A stretch of DNA of 64,000 nt from Octopus bimaculoides (Eukaryota). How positions within the stretch are numbered: position 1 is the stretch's first letter; the number at the start of each line of letters is the position of its first letter. The stretch lies in NCBI RefSeq assembly GCF_001194135.2, contig NC_068990.1:65735845-65799844 (forward strand), read 5' to 3'. Under the pieces are notes generated by a model. It saw nothing but the letters and a program-made list of their open reading frames with translations, did no database searches and had not been told where the DNA came from. A program made the translations under genes and the position numbers. Shown piece after piece: positions 62,446-64,000 of this stretch.

Positions 62446-62780
62446 ATATCGAATCTAGGTGAAAAAAAAAAAAAAATCACAGGAAAAATGTCACGGAAAA
62501 AAAATCAGAGGAAAAAATCACATGTAATGCCATCACATACAATGTTGTCAATATGTACAAGTCATATATTGCCAGTTAATGACTAATTTAAAATATTTTC
62601 TGTTTTGTCACTTTAATTGTTTATGGTACTTTAATAAATTGTGAGCGACCTGAATATTTTTGTTTGATTATCTGACTTTCCTTCCAAGATAAAATTGTGA
62701 CTTTTTCTGTGACTGTGTTGCCGGCTACCATAAATTAATTGTGACTTTTTTCCTGTGACTTTATTAACGGCCATGCCGAT
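62446..62780. mobile_element. MITE-like element with reiterated inverted subterminal motifs
   Basis: AAAATCACAGGAAAAATGTCAC-type units on the left are mirrored by GTGACTTTTTTCCTGTGACTTT units on the right; outer ATATCG/CGATAT. Confidence 0.6.
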
Positions 62781-63877
62781 ATCTCCCTCACAACACATAC
62801 TACTCCCTTAAGAGAAATAAAAATGTATATTAGATAATGTAGTCCTATATCTGATCTGTACACTGAGTCTGTGTAGAAGACAAGATGAGCACAGCTGGAC
62901 TGGAATGTTTTCCGTCATTGTCTGCTCGACTACACTGCAAGTGAATAACCATGTTTTATGATATTTTTTCCTTTTCCTCTGAAACTGTGGCTTTATCAGA
63001 AAACACCACCACCACTACCACCACCACCACCACCACCACCATCACCACCACCGCGACCGCCGCTGCCGCCGCCACTGCCACCACGAAGAATTTCGCCAAC
63101 ACCTCCATAGANNNNNNNNNNNNNNNNNNNNNNNNNNNNNNNNNNNNNNNNNNNNNNNNNNNNNNNNNNNNNNNNNNNNNNNNNNNNNNNNNNNNNNNNN
63201 NNNNNNNNNNNNNNNNNNNNNNNNNNNNNNNNNNNNNNNNNNNNNNNNNNNNNNNNNNNNNNNNNNNNNNNNNNNNNNNNNNNNNNNNNNNNNNNNNNNN
63301 NNNNNNNNNNNNNNNNNNNNNNNNNNNNNNNNNNNNNNNNNNNNNNNNNNNNNNNNNNNNNNNNNNNNNNNNNNNNNNNNNNNNNNNNNNNNNNNNNNNN
63401 NNNNNNNNNNNNNNNNNNNNNNNNNNNNNNNNNNNNNNNNNNNNNNNNNNNNNNNNNNNNNNNNNNNNNNNNNNNNNNNNNNNNNNNNNNNNNNNNNNNN
63501 NNNNNNNNNNNNNNNNNNNNNNNNNNNNNNNNNNNNNNNNNNNNNNNNNNNNNNNNNNNNNNNNNNNNNNNNNNNNNNNNNNNNNNNNNNNNNNNNNNNN
63601 NNNNNNNNNNNNNNNNNNNNNNNNNNNNNNNNNNNNNNNNNNNNNNNNNNNNNNNNNNNNNNNNNNNNNNNNNNNNNNNNNNNNNNNNNNNNNNNNNNNN
63701 NNNNNNNNNNNNNNNNNNNNNNNNNNNNNNNGTCCGTTGCTATTTTGGCTGAGGGCCTCCGAATATAAACTTAAAAATAAACCTTCCCCCGGGTTGATTA
63801 TCTTCAATGATTAGTTATTGGTCATCATTTTGTTTTTGATTTTTTATTGCTGTTCGTTATTGTTGTTGTTGTTCGTT

Positions 63878-63913
<36 letters not shown>

Positions 63914-64000
63914 GTCATCATTATTATTGCTTTTGTTTGAATTGTATGTCTGAACAAAAAAATAAAGAAGAGAAAAGAAAAGAAAAAGATAGGAAAAAAA

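Overview
AT-rich animal genomic DNA with many N gaps, saturated with microsatellites and decayed transposable elements. The SINE families and microsatellite density resemble octopus (coleoid cephalopod) genomes as I recall them; this is inference, not a database hit. I found no intact host protein-coding gene, and nearly all ORF-track entries are microsatellite or N-gap artefacts. Recognisable relics: two Penelope-like (PLE) GIY-YIG endonuclease fragments, HERO, R4/Dong, RTE and CR1 non-LTR fragments, a Gypsy integrase C-terminus, hAT (Buster/SPIN-like), pogo/Tigger and mariner transposases, a Helitron PIF1-type helicase fragment, HINE-like elements, several MITEs and three tRNA-derived SINE families (labelled A, B, C here). 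The main unexplained structure is a set of about ten type-I hammerhead-ribozyme (HHR) motifs, ranging from well formed to degenerate, in short non-coding PLE-terminus-like elements. Several of these carry inverted copies of their own 3' tail, and one is a ~745-bp fold-back with an HHR in each arm. Four more long HHR-less fold-back palindromes are also present. All coordinates were counted by hand, and element edges are approximate unless a TIR or TSD is quoted.
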